Source of the DNA: Alphaproteobacteria bacterium | GTDB taxonomy: Bacteria > Pseudomonadota > Alphaproteobacteria > JACAEB01 | DNA length: 64,000 nt | Assembly: GCA_024236075.1 (NCBI GenBank) | Contig: JACKLE010000001.1 | Span: 450,440 to 514,439 of the forward strand | Direction: 5' to 3' | Shown here: positions 63,204-64,000 of the stretch, in pieces | Layout: the number at the start of each line of letters is the position of its first letter | Numbering within the stretch: position 1 is the stretch's first letter | Made by a program: the position numbers and the translations under genes | Notes under the pieces: model-generated | Told to the model about the DNA's origin: nothing | Database searches by the model: none | The model's input: the letters and a program-made list of their open reading frames with translations, nothing else

Positions 63204-64000
63204 TCAATCCGCCTTGGACGCCGCCTCGGTCGCCTTCGCGATGAGGGGATCGAGGATCTCCTGCATGGCCTCGAAGCTGCGCGCGCCGGGATATTTCTGG
63301 CCGTCGATGATGAAGGTCGGCGTCGAGTCGACGTCGAAGAGCGTCGCGCCCTCGCGCTGGACGGCGCTGATATGGTCGAGCTCGGCCTGGTCGGCGAGGC
63401 AGGTTTGGAGCTTCTCCTGCCCGATGCCCGCCTGGCCGGCGATCGAGGAGAACGCGGCGAAGCGGGCCTGCGGATCGGCATTGAAGACCCAGTCCTTCTG
63501 ATGGGCCATCAGCGCACCGATAATTCCCATATAGCGCTCCGATCCCCCTGCGCAGCGCGCGAGCAGGAAGCCGGCGCCCGCCAGCTCCGGCGGCGAGGTC
63601 GGAAATTCGCGGAAGACGAAGCGCACCTTGCCCGTGTCGATATAGGCGGCCTTGAGCTGGGGATAGGTCTGCGCGTGGAAGGCCGCGCAATGGCTGCAGG
63701 TGACTGAGGCATATTCGATCATGGTGACCGGAGCGGTCGGCGAGCCGAGCACGATGTCGTCGGCATTGATCGCGACCGTCGCGGCCTCGGTCGCGCCGGC
63801 CTCCGCCTGCGCCGTGCTCTCGGCGGATGCATGGCCAGCCTCGGCGACGGGGGTCTCGCTCGGCGCGGGCGCCTCGGCCGCTGCCGGCTCGGGCGCGGCG
63901 CTTTCGGGGGCGGCGGCTTCGGGAGCGCTGCTTTCCTCGGCCGGGGCCGGCGTCTCGGCGGCGGCCGGCTCGGGGGCGCTCTCGGCGGTCAGAGCGGGCG
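63204..64000 (-). CDS. DsbA-family thiol:disulfide oxidoreductase (5' end outside window)
   Basis: Thioredoxin-fold CxxC motif (ASVTCSHCAAF). The frame stays open upstream of the listed Met through an Ala/Pro/Glu-rich low-complexity linker to the window edge, so the gene is probably 5'-partial here. Confidence 0.8.
   Translation of the reverse strand, partial: PALTAESAPEPAAAETPAPAEESSAPEAAAPESAAPEPAAAEAPAPSETPVAEAGHASAESTAQAEAGATEAATVAINADDIVLGSPTAPVTMIEYASVTCSHCAAFHAQTYPQLKAAYIDTGKVRFVFREFPTSPPELAGAGFLLARCAGGSERYMGIIGALMAHQKDWVFNADPQARFAAFSSIAGQAGIGQEKLQTCLADQAELDHISAVQREGATLFDVDSTPTFIIDGQKYPGARSFEAMQEILDPLIAKATEAASKAD

Overview
This 64 kb window is very GC-rich chromosomal DNA. Gene content and order point to an alphaproteobacterium, probably Rhizobiales/Hyphomicrobiales-like, but that is an inference. 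The supporting blocks are kpsF-lptCAB-rpoN-hpf-ptsN, a split atpI-B-E-F'-F operon, gcvT-H-PA-PB behind a tandem glycine riboswitch, yajC-secDF, hsp20 plus DUF1150, and an NDUFA9-like gene. Almost all of the window is housekeeping core genome: gltD and gltB, queG, uppP, rnd, sodB, rnhA, thrB, ispH, argS, smc, a DsbA-like protein and three tRNAs. CDS coordinates include the stop codon. Where the six-frame ORF was obviously over-extended, I re-set the start from in-frame start codons, Shine-Dalgarno-like motifs and start/stop overlaps. I saw no CRISPR array, IS element, transposase, integrase, prophage gene or recognisable defence system. The clearest anomaly is a roughly 1.1 kb AT-rich insertion (about 14190-15277) between queG and a GST gene. 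It carries two plus-strand orphan ORFs behind a near-consensus sigma70-type promoter and a cluster of palindromes, and it is my best candidate for something undescribed. Its function cannot be read from the sequence. Other points worth a look are listed below.
- An eight-gene TonB2/Ttp-like energy-transduction cluster with no receptor gene nearby.
- gltD and gltB separated by five unrelated, tightly coupled genes.
- A ~150-nt intergenic element present in two copies.
- A ROSE-like leader with a sigma32-type promoter upstream of hsp20.
- A three-gene membrane module that includes a HAMP-like protein with no recognisable output domain.
Many very long antisense or off-frame ORFs in the track are high-GC artefacts and were rejected.
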